64,000 nucleotides of DNA from the NCBI RefSeq assembly GCF_009914755.1, contig NC_060925.1; one strand, given 5' to 3'. The notes beneath the pieces were generated by a model. That model was given only the letters and a program-made list of their open reading frames with translations. It made no database searches and was not told where the DNA came from. The position numbers were made by a program, and so were the translations under genes. Shown here piece by piece: positions 1-16,368 of this stretch. This stretch comes from the human T2T-CHM13v2.0 reference genome, Homo sapiens. How positions within the stretch are numbered: the first letter of the stretch is position 1; each line of letters starts with the position of its first letter.

Positions 1-825
1 TGGGGTGTGTGTGGTGGAACAGGGTTCTGCCTAGTCACAGCCCAGTTCTATCAGATCAGGAACCCCGTCATCCTCCCAGGCTCCTTCCTGGCCACCTGCA
101 GCAGCTGGGCCCAGGGCTGCTTCCATATTCAAGAAAGAGAGACATCGAAGTGACAGGGATGGAACAGAATGCTGAGAGATCAAGGGAAGTTTCTAGTTAT
201 TTTCCCATCCACACCCAAGCTCTCTCGTCCTCCGTTGTCAGCCCAGTCAGGAACATCTCGTCACTCACCCCACCTCCATAGGAACTGACCCTCTGTGGAT
301 GGTTTTCCATGGCTGCCATAACAATGTGCACTAAGGGAGTGGCTTGAACCAAAGAAATGTCTTGTTTCACAGTCCTGGAAGCTGGAAGTCCAAGATCAAG
401 GTGTCAGCAGGGTTGGACCCTTCTGAGGGCTGTGGGGAGAGTCTGTTCCTGGCCTCTCCCTTGGCTTCTGGTGGTTTGCTGGTGATCCTCGGCTTGTAGA
501 AGCTTCACTACGATCCCTGCCTTCATCTTCACCTGGCACTTTTCCTGCATGAGTGTCTACCTCTAAATTTCCCATTTTTACTTATTTTTTATTTTAAAAT
601 TAAAAAAACTTTTAATAGTAGAAAATTTTGAACATACACAAAAATAGAATAGTATAATGAACCCCCATGTACCCATTACATAGTGTCGACAATGACCAAC
701 AAATGGCCAATCTTATCTCATTTGTTCCTCCTCCCTGCACCTATCTCTATGGAAATATTTTAAAGCAAATTCTCCTTATCATTTTATTTACATACATGTC
801 AGTCACATGTCTTCTAAATGATAAC

Positions 826-1129
826 TTTTTTTTTTTTTTTTTTTGACACAGAGTCTCAGTCTGTCGCCCAGGCTGTAGTGCAGTGGTGCTATCTTGGCTC
901 ACTGCAACCTCCACTACCTGGGTTCAAGCAATTCTCATGCCTCAACCTCCTGAGTAGCTGGGCTAACAGGTGCATGCCACCATGCCCAGCTAATTGTGTG
1001 TGTGTTTAGTAGAGACAGGGTTTTGCCATGTTGGCCAGGCTGGTCTTGAACTCCTGATCTCAAGTGATCCACCTGCCTTGGCCTCCCACAAAGTGCTGGG
1101 ATTACAGACGTGAGCCACCACACCCAGCC
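826..1129 (-). mobile_element. Alu (S-type)
   Basis: Poly-T followed by reverse Alu dimer. Confidence 0.95.
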
Positions 1130-1196
1130 AAGAACTCTTAAATACATAATTTTGATACAATTATCTCACTATTAACTGAACAAAACAGTATCACCT

Positions 1197-1510
<314 letters not shown>

Positions 1511-1731
1511 TTACCAGATAGCTACTCAGTGTTCACATTTCCCCAAAAGTCAATTTGTTCAGGATCTCAACAAGGTCTATGTACACATTGTGTTTGGTTG
1601 ATATGTCTTAAATTTCTTAAAATCTATAGTAGTTTCCTCTTCTCTCTTTTTTCTTATCATTTATTTATTGGAAAAAATTAGTTCACTTACCTTGTAGCAT
1701 TTCACACATTTTGAATTTGGCTGATTATATC

Positions 1732-2068
1732 CTTTTCTTTTCTTTTCTTGTCTTTTCTTTTTCTTTTCTTTCTTTCTTTTTTTTTTTTTAAAGAAAAGGT
1801 CTTGCCCTTGCTCTGTCAACGAGGCTGGAGTGCAGTGGCACAAATACAACTCACTACAATCTCCACCTCCTGGGTTCAAGCGATCCTCTGGCCTCAGCCC
1901 TGCAAGTAGATGGGACTTCAGGTACATGCCACCATGCCTGGCTAATTTTTGTAGAGACGGGGTTTCGCAATGTTGCCTAGGCTGGTCTTGAACTCCTGAG
2001 CTTAGCAGTCCACCCACCTGGGTGTCCTAAAGTCCTGGGATTACAGGTGTGAGCCATCATGCCCAGCC
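1732..2068 (-). mobile_element. Alu (J-type) with T/C-rich tail
   Basis: Reverse Alu dimer. Confidence 0.9.
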
Positions 2069-2089
2069 CTTTTTCTTTTCTTTTTATAA

Positions 2090-2491
2090 AAAGCTTTTAT
2101 TTTAGGTTCAGGGGTACATGTGCAGTTTTGTTATATAGGTAAACTCTTGATACTGGGGTTTGCTGTACAGATTATTTCATCAACCAGGTAGTAAGCCTAG
2201 TAACCAATCGTTTTTTCTGATCCTCTCCTTCCTCCCACCTTCTACCCTCAAGTAGGCCCCAGTGTGTGCTATTCCCCTCTATGTGTCCACGTGTTCTCAT
2301 TATTTACCTTCAACTTATAAGTGAGAACATGTGGCATTTGGTTTTCTGTTCCTGCATTAGTTTGCTAAGGATGATGACCTCTAGCTCCATTCCTGTACCT
2401 GCAAAGGACATAATCTTCTCCTTTTTTATAGCTGTGAAGTATTCCATAGTGTATATGTACAACATTTCCTTTATCCAATCTGCCCTCGATG
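2090..2491 (-). mobile_element. 5'-truncated L1PA/L1PB 3' end
   Basis: ggggtacatgtgcag...cttataagtgagaacatg...ttcctgcattagtttgctaagg primate L1 3' sequence. Confidence 0.9.
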
Positions 2492-2586
2492 AATTTCCCA
2501 TTTTTTAAGGACACCAGTCATATTGGATTAACCCCTTTCCTACTCCAGTATGACCTTGTCTTACCTGATTCCACATGCAGTGATCC

Positions 2587-3007
2587 TGTATGAGTCTGTT
2601 CTTGCGCTGCTATAAAGAAATACCTGAGGGTAGGTAACTTATCAAGGAAAGAGGTTTAACTGGCTCACGGTTCTGTGGGCTGTACAGGAAGCATGGCTAT
2701 GGCATCTACTCAGCTTCTGGGGAGGCCTCAGGGAGCTTTTACTCAGGGCGGAAGGCAAGTGGAGCAGGCAGATCTCATGGCCAAAGCAGGTGCAAGAGAA
2801 GGAGAAGGAGGGGCCACACACTTTCAACCCACCCGATCTCACGAGAACTCACTCACCGTCATGAGGACTGCACCATGAGGATGGGGCTGAACCAATCATG
2901 AGAAATCCTCCTCCACGAGCCACTCACCTCCCACCAGGCCCCACCTTCCACACTGGGGACTACATTTCAACATGAGATTTGGGGGGACAAATAACTAAAC
3001 TCTATCA
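2587..3007 (-). mobile_element. MST-type MaLR solo LTR
   Basis: tgtatgagtctgttcttgcgctgctataaagaaatacctgag ... catgagatttgg...aaactctatca. Confidence 0.85.
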
Positions 3008-4384
3008 GACCCTATCTCCAAATAAAGGAACATTCTGAGGCACTAGGGGTAGGACTTCAACATATAAATTTTGGGGGTCCACAACTCAGCCCACAGCACT
3101 CCATAATTCAGAAAGCCTTTTCTTTCCTGCAATAGTTTTGTTTGAGTCAATTGGCTGTTGTATCTGTAATGTCTCACACTCACAAAGCAGCTCATGATCT
3201 TCCCTGGCTGTGGGGGGAGCACAGGCTTCCACAACCCATGTGAGATTGAGTGTATTCCCTCCCAGGTCACAGACCCCCCATCACAGGGCACAGCTCTTTG
3301 CAGAGCACACAGGCCCCCATCAGGGGCTGGGGGAGCGGGCCCAGACCAGCACGGGTCCTCGAACTGCCGTGTTCTCAGAAATGCTGAGTATTCTCTCCTT
3401 AACAGCCTGGTTCCTGAGCCATCTATCCTATCCTGAGCTGGTCTCCATGTCACAGCGCTTACTTCTCTCACTTTGGCCTTTGCTTTGCCCTTCATATGAG
3501 CTGCCCTCCATTGTCTTGTTGGCTAAGGCCTCGGCTCTTGCTCATGGTTGCGTTGGCCACCTCGGGGAATATCTGTAAGGTTTGGGCTGACCCTGAATCA
3601 TCCTGCCTCTGCCACTCTCCTGGGGGGACACTCCCACTCCAAGCCCCAGCTTCCTGGGAGAGGCCTGAAAATGCTATTCAGAGGGTGCTGACTCCCCTCG
3701 AGGGGCTGGAGCCATCCTTAGAGAGTGCTGGATTGTCCAAGGTCAACTTGGCATTACCACCAACCCCAGGACCTCCCTCAAAGCCAAAGTCCCTTCTGCA
3801 GAGGGAAGCAAAGCCAGGAATACTTCCCTGAACTCTGTCCCTGTCTGATTCCTGGTTAGAGTTTGCAAATGAGAAGCTCTCCTGAGATTAGGACAGAGGT
3901 GGGGGAAAGGTCTTTGTTCTTCAGGGGTAGTTACAGCCAGATCTGTAAGGAGTTGAGATTTGGGAACAATCATGCTTGCTGCTGCCCACAAGTGTGGGAC
4001 ATGTACCACTCTTTGAGTGTTTTGGGATGAGGTCTTTGGTGTCAGCTTACCTGACCTCCACTACCCCAGGTCTTGCAATATTTCAGTATACCCTTAATTC
4101 TCTAAATTAAAACTTTAAACACCTGGAGTACATACAGTGGCTTCTGTTTTCTTCATTGAATCCTGTCTGAGATAGAGAGAAGGAGCAAACCTCCAATGAC
4201 AGGCAACGTCTTACGGATACTGTGGTGTTTTTTTAGGACGCAGTGACAGTGCTTCAGCAGTGAGGAGAGAACAAGGCAAATTCCAGCAAAGAGAGCAGCC
4301 TCTCTGGGAGAGCCACCTTGAGGAGAAGAAAAGGGGCATTTCAGGAAGGTTAAGCAAAGAATCAGCAAAACCCAGATTGGAATC

Positions 4385-4550
4385 ACTAGCTAGGCAAGTT
4401 GCTTCATCTTTCTAGTCGGAGCCTCAGTTTCCTGATCTGTGAAATGGGGAGGTGACCACTCTTTACATTATCTAGTCATGTGAATTCAATGAGATGATTT
4501 AGGTAAATTCTCTAGAATGGAGCCTGGCAAGTAGAAGGTGCCCAATTAAT
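4385..4550 (+). mobile_element. MIR
   Basis: Core gagcctcagtttcctgatctgtgaaatgggg. Confidence 0.75.
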
Positions 4551-5368
4551 GCTTCTTTTTTTCTTCCTTCTTGGCAGAGACGATCCATTTGCTTACCAAA
4601 GATGCTGCCATCAGCTATCACAGAGGGCTAGAGTACTCCTTTGCTTTCAGCTGGAGGGAAAAGCTTCTTACTCTTTTTTCCCATTCAGAAGGAAGAGGGA
4701 TGAGGGAGGGCGGAGAACAATATTTTCAGTGCTGTGAGTTTCTTTCTGCTGGTGTATAGTCTCAGGCTGGAACAGCTCCTTAAGGCCATACATTTAGTTT
4801 CCCTCAATTTAAACATAAAGAGCTAAAACTAGAAATCCTCTAGAAGAAAACATCTTCATGATCTTGGTGTAGGCAAATGTTTCCTAGGCAGGATACAAGA
4901 ACACAAACCATAAAATAAATAGATAAATTGGACTTCATCAAAATGTCAAACTTTCTGATTGTTAATAAAATGAAAAGGCAAACCACAGAGTGTGAGAAAA
5001 TAATAGCAATACATATATCTGATAAAGAATTGTACCTGAATACATAAAACATGCCTACAAATAAATACTAAAAAGACAAGCAACTCAGTTAAAATGAGCA
5101 CAAATCTTGAACAGACACTCCATAAAAGAAGATATATGAATGGCTAATAAGCATGTTAAGAGGTACTCAGCATATTAGTCATTAGGGAAATGCAAATGAA
5201 ACTACTATGAGCTACCACTTCACACCCAATAGGATGGCTAAAATGCAAAAGACTGACCATATCAAGTGTTGACAAGGATGTGGAGCAACTGGAACCTCAT
5301 ACATAGCTGGGAGAAGTATAAAATGTTACCATTATTTTAGAAAACAGCTTGGTGGTTTCTTTCACAGG

Positions 5369-7944
5369 TGATATGGTTTGGCTGTGTCCCCACCCAAATC
5401 TCATCTTGAATTCCCATGTGTTGTGGGAGGCACCCAGTGAAAGGTAATTGAATCATGGAGGCAGGTCTTTCCCATGCTGTTCTCGTGATAGCAAATGAGT
5501 CTCACAAGATCTGATGGTATTATAAGGGAGAGTTTCCCTGAAAAGCTCTTTTCTCTTGTCTGCCACCATCTAAGATGTGACTTTCACCTTCTGCCGTGAT
5601 TGTGAGGCCTCCCCAACCACATGGAACTGTGAGTCCAATAAACCTTCTTTTGTAAACTGCCCAGTCCGGGTATGTCTTTATCAGCAGTGTGAAAATGGAC
5701 TAATACAGTAAATTGATATCAGTAGAGTGGGGTGCTGCTGAACAGATACCCAAAAATGTGGAAGCAACTTTGGAACTGGGTAACAGGCAGGGGTTGGAAC
5801 AGTTTGGAGGGCTCAGAAGAAGACAGGAAAATGTACAAAAGTTTGGAACTTCCTAGAGACTTGTTGAATGGCTTTGCCCAAAATGCTAATAGCGATATGG
5901 ACAATTAAGTCCAGGCTGAGGTGGTCCCAGATGGAAATGAGAAACTTGTTGGGAACTGGAGCAAAGGTGGCTCTTGCTATGTTTTAGCAAAGAGACTGGT
6001 GGCATTTTGTCCTTGCCCTAGAGATCTGTGGAACTTTGAACTTGAGAGAGATGATTTAGGGTATCTGGCAGAAGAAATTTCTAAGCAGCAAAGTATTCAA
6101 GAGGTGACTTGAGTGCTGTTAAAGGCATTCAGTTTTATAAGGCAAGCAGAGCATACAAGTTCAGGAAATTTGCCACTTGATAATGAGATAGAAAAGAAAA
6201 TCCCATTTTCTAAGGAGAAATTCAAGCCCGCTGCAGAAATTTGCATAAGTAACGAGAAGCCAAATGTTAATCCCCAAGACAATGGGGAAAATGTCTCCAG
6301 GGCATGTCAGAGGTCTTCATGGCAGCCCCTCCCATCACAGGCCTAGAAGCCTGGAAGGAAAAAGTGGTTTCATGGGCCGGGCTCAGGTTCCCCATGTTGT
6401 GTGCAGCTTAGGGACTTGGTCCCAGCTGCTTCAGCTGTGGCTGAAAGGGACCAATGTAGAGCTCGGGCCGTGGCTTCAGAGGGTGCAAGCCTCAAGCCTT
6501 GGCAGCTGCCACATGGTTTTGAGCCTGCGAGTGCACTGAAGTCAAGAATTGAGGTTTCGGGAACCTCTGCCTAGATTTCAGAGGATGTGTGGAAACACCT
6601 GGATGTCCAGGCAGAAGTTTGCTGCAGGGGCAGGGCTCTCATGGGGAACCTCTGCTAGGGCAGTGCAGAAGGGAAATGTGGGGTCAGAACCCCCACAGAG
6701 AGTCCCTCCTGAAGTACCACCTAGTGAAGCTGTGAGAAGAGGGCCACTGTCCTCCAGACCCCAGAATGGTAGATCCACTGACAGCTTGTACTGTGTGTCT
6801 GGAAAAGCTGCAGACACTCAATGCCAGCCCATGAAAGCAGCTGGGAGAGAGGCCGTACACTGCAAAGCCACAGGGGCAGAGCTGCCCAAGACCATGGGAA
6901 CCTACCTCTTGCATCAGCGTGATCTGGATGTGAGACATGGAGTTAAAGGAGATCATTTTGGAGCTTTAAGATTTGACCACCCTGTTGGATTTCAGACTTG
7001 CATGGGTCCTGTAACCCCTTAATTTTGGCCAATTTCTCCCATTTGGAATGGCTGTATTTACCCAATGCCTGTATTCTCATTGTATCTAGGAAGTAACTAA
7101 CTTGCTTTTGATTTTACAGGCTCATAGGCAGAAGGGACTTGCCTGGTCTCAGATGAGACATTAGACTCTGGACTTTTCAGTTAATGCTAAAATGAGTTAA
7201 GACTTTGGGGGACTGTTGGGAAGGCATGATTGTCTTTGAAATGTGAGGACATGAAATTTGGGAGGGGCCAGGGGCAGAATGTTATGGTTTGGCTGTGTCC
7301 CCACCCAAATTTCATCTTGAATTTCCATGTGTTGTGGGAGGGACCTAGTGAAAGGTAATTGAATCGTAGGGTCACGTCTTTCCTGTGCTGTTCTCATGAT
7401 AGCAAATGAGTCTCATGAGATCTGATGGTGTAGTAAGGGGGAGTTTCCCTGCACAAGCTCTCTTCTCTTGTCTGCCGCCATGTGAGACATGCCTTTCACC
7501 TTCCACCATGATTGTGAGGCCTCCCCAGCCACATGGAACTGTAAGTCCAACAAACCTCTTTCTTTTTTTTTTTTTTTTGAGATGAAGTCTTGCTCTGTTG
7601 CCCAGGCTGCAGTGCAGATTGTGCAGTGGCACAATCTCAGCTCACTGCAACCTCCGCCTCCTGGGTTCAAGTGATCCTCCTGCCTCAGCCCCCCTAGTAG
7701 ATGGGATTACAGGCACATGCCACCATGCCTGGCTAATTTTTGTATTTTTAGTAGAGACGGGGTTTCGCCATGTTGGCCAGGCTGGTCTCAAACTCTTGAC
7801 CTCAGGTGATCCACACACCTCAGCCTCCCAAAATGCTGGGACTACAGGTGTGAACCACCGTGCCTGGCCTATAAACCTCTTTCTTTTGTAAATCGCCCAG
7901 TCTCAGGTATGCCTTTATCAACAGCATGAAAACAGACTAATACA
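5369..7944 (+). mobile_element. Full-structure THE1 (MaLR) provirus: 5' LTR 5369-5707, internal 5708-7279, 3' LTR 7280-7944
   Basis: Both LTRs run TG...CTAATACA; polypurine tract before the 3' LTR; perfect 5-bp TSD ACAGG (5364-5368, 7945-7949). Confidence 0.93.
7561..7870 (-). mobile_element. Alu (S-type) inserted in the THE1 3' LTR
   Basis: Reverse dimer with TSD aaacctctttctttt. Confidence 0.95.
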
Positions 7945-10124
7945 ACAGGAAAACATACACCTACCTTATGACCTGGCAATTTTACTCCTACATATTTATC
8001 CAAGAGAAAGGAAAACATGTCCACAAAAAGATTTGTAAATGAATGGACATAGTAACTTTATTTCTAATAGCTAAAAACTGGAAACAACCCAGGTGTCCCT
8101 CAACAGGAGACTGGATAAATTGTAATATATCCACACTGCAATAAAAAGGAAAACTCACTGATATTATAATATCCTGGAAGCATCTCAAAAAATTATGTTA
8201 CGTAAAGGAAGACAGATGCAAAATGTTGATTGAATGATTCCATTGATGTGAAGTTCTAGAGCAGCCAAAATCAATCTATGTTGATAGATTACAACAGTGG
8301 TTGTCTGAGTTGGGGCAGGGGTAAGGATTGGCAGGAAAGCGAAAGAGGCAACTTTCTGGAGTAAAGGAAACATTCTATATGCTGATGGAGGTAATGGTTA
8401 CATGGGTGTAGACATTGAAATTTACACTTAGAATGTATCCATTTTATTGTATGTTTAAGAAAAACCCAGTTTACTGATTTTCTTCTCAGATTTCCAGACG
8501 TATTGCCTTGACCTCCAAAGAGATTAGATTCACCCCAGGGACAAGGAACTGTGTCCAGACCAGGGGAACTAGAAGCAGACCTGTGGACCCCAGAGAACCT
8601 AGATGGTCAACTTTTCTACAACATAGTTTCTCTCTCTGCACTACCAGGTGTTAATGTGCATTTATTTTGTGCTAGGAACTGTGCTAATTAGTTCTATATT
8701 CTATATACATTTTAATGCTGGGGGAAAACAACAACAACAACAAACCAAACCCTGAAGCTCCAAGGGGTGAAACAACACACAGCTAAAACTGCAACTCCGC
8801 ATTCTTATTCCAAGCCCAGAAGAAGCCAGCTGGGGAACTCCCCACCCGAGGCTCACATTGGGGTTGTCCCTTGCCAGCCAGGAACTCCCCACACCAGCTT
8901 CTCCTCCTTTGTTTCACACCTAAGCCTGAGTGTCTTCCTTAAATCACCAGTGGTGATCCCTAGTTCCCACTCCAAAAAGCTTCTTTTCTTTTCACAGGGA
9001 CCAGTGCACGGAAACCACTGGCTACTTACTTTTGCAAATCCCTCCAGGCTTGGCACAACCTGCAGGCTTGGAAGACTCTGGCGCTATAATACAGCTGCAG
9101 CTGGGGAAGCGGTGGGAGCTCATTAATGGCCAAGGTCACTGGAAAAACCATGAAGGTGACCTCAAGCGTTAGGCCTCTAGGGCTACTCGAAAGGCAGATG
9201 CAGGCCAGCGCAGCAGAAAAATGCCCCAGCCTCCACTCAGCCAAAGCACCTGCTTCCTGAAGGGTGGCTGGGGCCCAGTGAGACATGATGTCATTGATTT
9301 TTATCACAACCTTCCTGGGGAGGAGACAGGAAAACAGGGGCCTGAGGTGAATAGCCTGAGCTGGGAAAAGAAACACAATTTCCAGCGCGTTGGATCAGGT
9401 CCCTGAGTTTCAGGAATAAAGCCACCTTGTCAGACTCTCCTGGACTGTGGTGTCTGAGAGGACCATGGAAGCCTTAGTGAGTTCTTTCCATGGAATTTTC
9501 TGTGAAATAAAAATATTTAATTTCTTAAAAGGTCTATCTAAATGGAAGTTATTGTGGCCATGAAGAAATCAAATATTTAATTGCTAAGTAAAAGAGATTA
9601 AAAGTGCCTTTAATCTTAAGAAAAATAAAATTGGGTAAAACATTATACATAAAATATATGATCTATACATTATATATGTGTGTGTATATATCATGTGTAT
9701 GTATATTCACCTGTTGAAATAATTTTTTTTGTTGGTGGCTTAATTTTAGAATTTTGGCTAATTATTTCTAGATTGTCTTCTGCCAAGGGCAGGAGTTACT
9801 ATCTCAATTTTATCTAAGTACATATTTATTTTTGTTTTTGTCTGTTTTAAGTATTATTACTGAAATGCATGCACAGAGTTAAACTTTAAATAATATCACA
9901 TACTCATAATAAAAGCTTGCAGTTCCCTGACTCCTCCAATCTCCCTAAGCCCTCCAGGATAATCACTTGTGTTTTTCCTTTGGTGGGAGCAGAGCATGGA
10001 AACACATTTAGATCAGAGGCAATCCCTGACAAAAATAAGGTATCCTGGGAAGAATGTCCCATAAGCTCTACATGAATTAGTCTGCTACATGTTTCTATTC
10101 CTTTAACCAACAAATCTGTCTAAT

Positions 10125-12210
<2,086 letters not shown>

Positions 12211-13628
12211 CCTTCTTCTCTTGCCTCTTGGCCCTATTTACTACCTTGCAACTTTCCCGTGTCTTTAAATAGATTCTAAAAAAATAGTTTCTCCAGCTTT
12301 TCTAGATGCTCCCAATGGAAGAACTGGGCAGAACTTCCTCAGGCAATCATCATTAATTTGTATGGTTCTTTCTTCTGGCATTTTCATACTTCTAAATATA
12401 TATATTTGGAACACTATTTCTTGATTTAATATTGTAGACTTTTTTGTAATCAATTTTACATTGTGGTACATGAGCATTTAACTATCTTAAACTTTTACTC
12501 CACAGTCTCTTGTCCTCTTAACGTGGTTCTTTCATGATTTAAAACTTCAAACCGCATTTGCTTTACATAATATCAAGACTCTCTAAAACATTCTTCACTG
12601 CAAGTGCACGTGGTTGGCAAGGGATTTTCAGAGTCAGTTGTATTTGGCATGAGTGGGATTCTCTTTGAAGTTTTCAGCAGCTCTAGTCAATATTCTAGAT
12701 CTTTCCAGAATAGTTGCAGTTTCAACTACAGAAAGCTCTAGCCATTCTGAGATTGAACTGTGGTAGTTTCTCACCATTTTGGAGTGACCCCAGAGGTCTG
12801 TGCTATGTGGAATTTATCTATTTCCTGAGGCCTGGCTTTGAATCACTGCGCCATGGAAGACAGGGCAGTCACTTAGCAACCAGTGTCTCAGCAGACTCCC
12901 CAGGGCCCACTTCCCAATGTGGCTCCGTTGGGCCTTCCTTTTGCCATGTACGCAGCAAGTCTTGTGAAGTGATAAAGACTTGGGAAAATGGCCTCAAAAA
13001 GAATTCCAACTGCTGGGCCTGACCATGGGAAAGAAGACAAAAGAATTTTAGTAAGTTTTGGATCTTTGCCAGAAAAGGGAAGTTTTGAAATAGAGTGGTA
13101 TGTTGAATCTAACAGTGGCTAGGATGTAGACGTGAACAGGTCCCCCATACACTCTATACAGAGACCACAAAAGATGCCTTTTAAATGTGTTTCATTAGGA
13201 AAATTACCTGTAATTCGTGTTTTTAAATAAGAAGATTAGAAAAGGCTGTGGGATAGACTCCTTTCCTGTGTTGAGAGTTATCTGTGTTTCAGCTTGTTCT
13301 TCCTGTAAAGACACCTGCACTTGTCATTTTACATGTCCCAGGTTTGGTTTGGAAAACAGAGTCATAGCGATGGTCACCCAAACCAAGGGAGGTCCCTGGT
13401 GTAGCACTACCTCCAACCCCTAGCCGGACTAGGAAACCCCTTTCCCTAGGAGTCCTGTTCATATAAGGTGTTCTGACCAGGAGATTTCTTCAGTGTCCTG
13501 GGTGCCCCTCCCGCCCCCTAGAGCTGGGGGAAAACCATGGCTGAGCAGCAGGTGAGACAGGAGGGCATGAAACCGAGCAGAGTGGTCTTTCCACAGTCTT
13601 CCTGATTTGCGGTTATACCTGTTACTGA

Positions 13629-13979
<351 letters not shown>

Positions 13980-15036
13980 TAGCACAGGGTTCCAGGAGAC
14001 CTTATTCACTGCAAATTCATGTGGGTTCTGTTTTCCTCCCCACCCCCTCAGCTCTCCATTCTAGCCCCGTTCCTAGCTGCTAATCCAGGCTGCCACTGTC
14101 CCACTACCCAGGAGGCCTGTGCCATGCCTGGCCATTTGAAATAGTGTTCAGGGGTGTCTGACAGCCTGTGGTCTCCTGCCCTTTTCAGCTTACCACTCAG
14201 CACCTCCATGGATATCTTGCTCTCTCAGGCCCTCATCCTCCCTGCCCCTCCAGTGGAAAGTCTAATAACAGCAGGTGTTGATATGAGGGAGGCTGGGCTT
14301 CCCAGTATACTCCACTCATCCACAAGACATTTACTAAGCACATACTGTGGGCCAGGCACAAACTGGGCCTGCGATACACAGATGAACAAGACAAGATCCT
14401 GACTGCAGTGTCTCACAAACTAAGCCGTCCATACACATACATAAACACACTGGCGCAACACAATGTCATGTATCAGTGACAGAAAATCTGTCACTGGGGT
14501 CATGAGGGATGGGCAGTCTTGCTAAACAAGGAAATTCATCAGGCAGACGAGTGGTAGGATGGGGAGAAGAAATTCCATGGGGAGGAAGAAGCATGGGCAG
14601 ATGTGTAGGTGGGAAACCCTTGAATGGTCCCCAAACCATAAGTGATCTGCTACAGCCAGTGAGGGCAGGACACAGAAGACAAGGTCTTTCCTCAGGGAAC
14701 TTATCTTCCAGAGAGGCGGGCAGCCGGGCAGGCTCAGAAAAAAGGATAGAGGAAGTAGTAGTAAGTGCTACTTTTAAAAGACCAGATAAAGTGTCAAGAG
14801 TTTTCACAAAAGGGAGAGAGGACTTTGGGTTAGGGATCCCAGGGAGCTTCATGGGCTGGATTTTGAAGAAAACGAAGAAAACGTAGGATGGATGTGCAGA
14901 GATGGGAGAAGAATCCAGAGGAAAGAGGTACAGTGGGGACTGCATGGTGTGCGTGAAAATAATGCCATCGCTGGGTGCAGGGAAAGCTCGGTCTCATTGA
15001 TTAGAAGTGGCCAAAAGAAGTTGGGATGAGAATAGC

Positions 15037-15041
15037 GTGTA

Positions 15042-15078
<37 letters not shown>
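15037..15078. repeat. (TG)n/(CG)n microsatellite with Z-DNA potential
   Basis: Alternating purine-pyrimidine run gtgtatgtgtgt...gcgcgcgtgtgtgt. Confidence 0.9.
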
Positions 15079-15317
15079 TGGAGGAGTCAGGATTGAGGGG
15101 CCCAGTGAGGGGAAGAAGGTGACAGTTTGGAGAGCTGAGTCCCAGACCCATGTGTACCCCTCAAACTGCAGGAGCTGACCTGGAGTTACGCTGGACTTGG
15201 AGGAGGCAGTGTGTGAAGCTATGGGGTAATTTTGGCACAGTTTCCTTGTTTTAAGTATTCTTAATCCTTTTGCAAAAACACATTTCTATATTAATAAACA
15301 TGAAAAAAAGAACAGAA

Positions 15318-16368
15318 TGGAAAATACACATAGATTTCATTTAAGATAAAAAAATACAACTTCAGTGAAATTGCAACTGCCCCCCAGGAGGCCTTCAGTG
15401 TATGTGTTCTCTTGTGGTCATTAGGGCAACGAAGGAAAAGATCTGAGAAGCCCTGACATCCTTGGCCAATTTAATTTTCACAGGAATTCTATGACATAGA
15501 TGCTGTTACGTGAGAAAATGTAGGTCCAGCAAGGGCATACCAAGGCCAAGGTTACATGGCTAATACACAGCTGACTCAGAACTCAACCCAGGATCTGTGT
15601 GCAAAGTCCATGTTCTTCATGCAACAGCCTGAGCAGCTGATCAATGAGGTGTGCTAGGAAACAAAGCTGAAAAGGTAGGTTGGTGATAAATCATGGAAGG
15701 TCTTGAAGGCCAGGCTTAAATAAAGGCAGCATGTGAGAGAAAGTTCTTGGCTCACTAGGGCGAGACCTGGAGAAGCCGAAGGTAAGAACATGAAGTGCAG
15801 TACAGTCACAAGACAGGTAGTGACTCATTCATCCCAGCTTCTTTGGGGCCACCTCTTATCTATGAGACAAAGTGTGACTTGCACTCAACAGTGGCATTGT
15901 TTCTGTGGCAAAAGAAGGAAATGTGCCTCTGCTTCTGTTTGTTTTCTACTTAATGTTGTTTTGCAGAACACAGAGAACGCAGAATCATGGACCATCCCAT
16001 TTTTTAGCTGAATGCTAGAGAAAGCACGTCAGCCATCTGCAACTTCTCCCAAGGTGCCCTTCCCATGATTAGGATACATTCCATAATCAACACAGCAGGA
16101 CAGAACGGTATTATTGGATCTGAAAGAAAATCAATGGAGACTGGAAACCTCTAAGGGCAGTTGCAATTTTCTAGATCTATTATTTTCCATTTGGAGGTTA
16201 GTGAGACAGAACATGGTGTTGATACGAAAATTGAGAGATTTATGTTGTTTTCATAGTAGCAAAAAGAAAAAAAAAACCTCCAGAGAGGACCCCAAAATGA
16301 TAACTTGGTGCAAATACAAAGTGAAGAGTTATTTGTGGCTTGAGATAAGTTGGAAATTGCTCCTTTGA
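15318..16368 (-). other. TLR5: TLR5 3' UTR (distal end approximate)
   Basis: Follows the stop codon. Candidate poly(A) signals are ATTAAA (15470-15475) and AATGAA (~15336-15341), the latter followed by a U-rich tract. The cleavage site cannot be fixed from sequence alone. Confidence 0.55.

Larger units (their letters stand above)
4810..8460 (+). mobile_element. L1M (L1MB/MC-like) 3' region interrupted by a THE1 provirus
   Basis: ORF2-end/3' UTR motifs at 4810-5363 continue at 7950-8460. Confidence 0.8.

Noticed and set aside
5921-7022. ORFs up to 157 aa in the THE1 internal region
   Set aside because: Broken remnants of the MaLR internal ORF, with stops and frameshifts.
13508-13526. CTCF-like motif (minus strand GCTCTAGGGGGCGG)
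   Set aside because: The 5' half deviates from the core CC; too weak to call from sequence alone.
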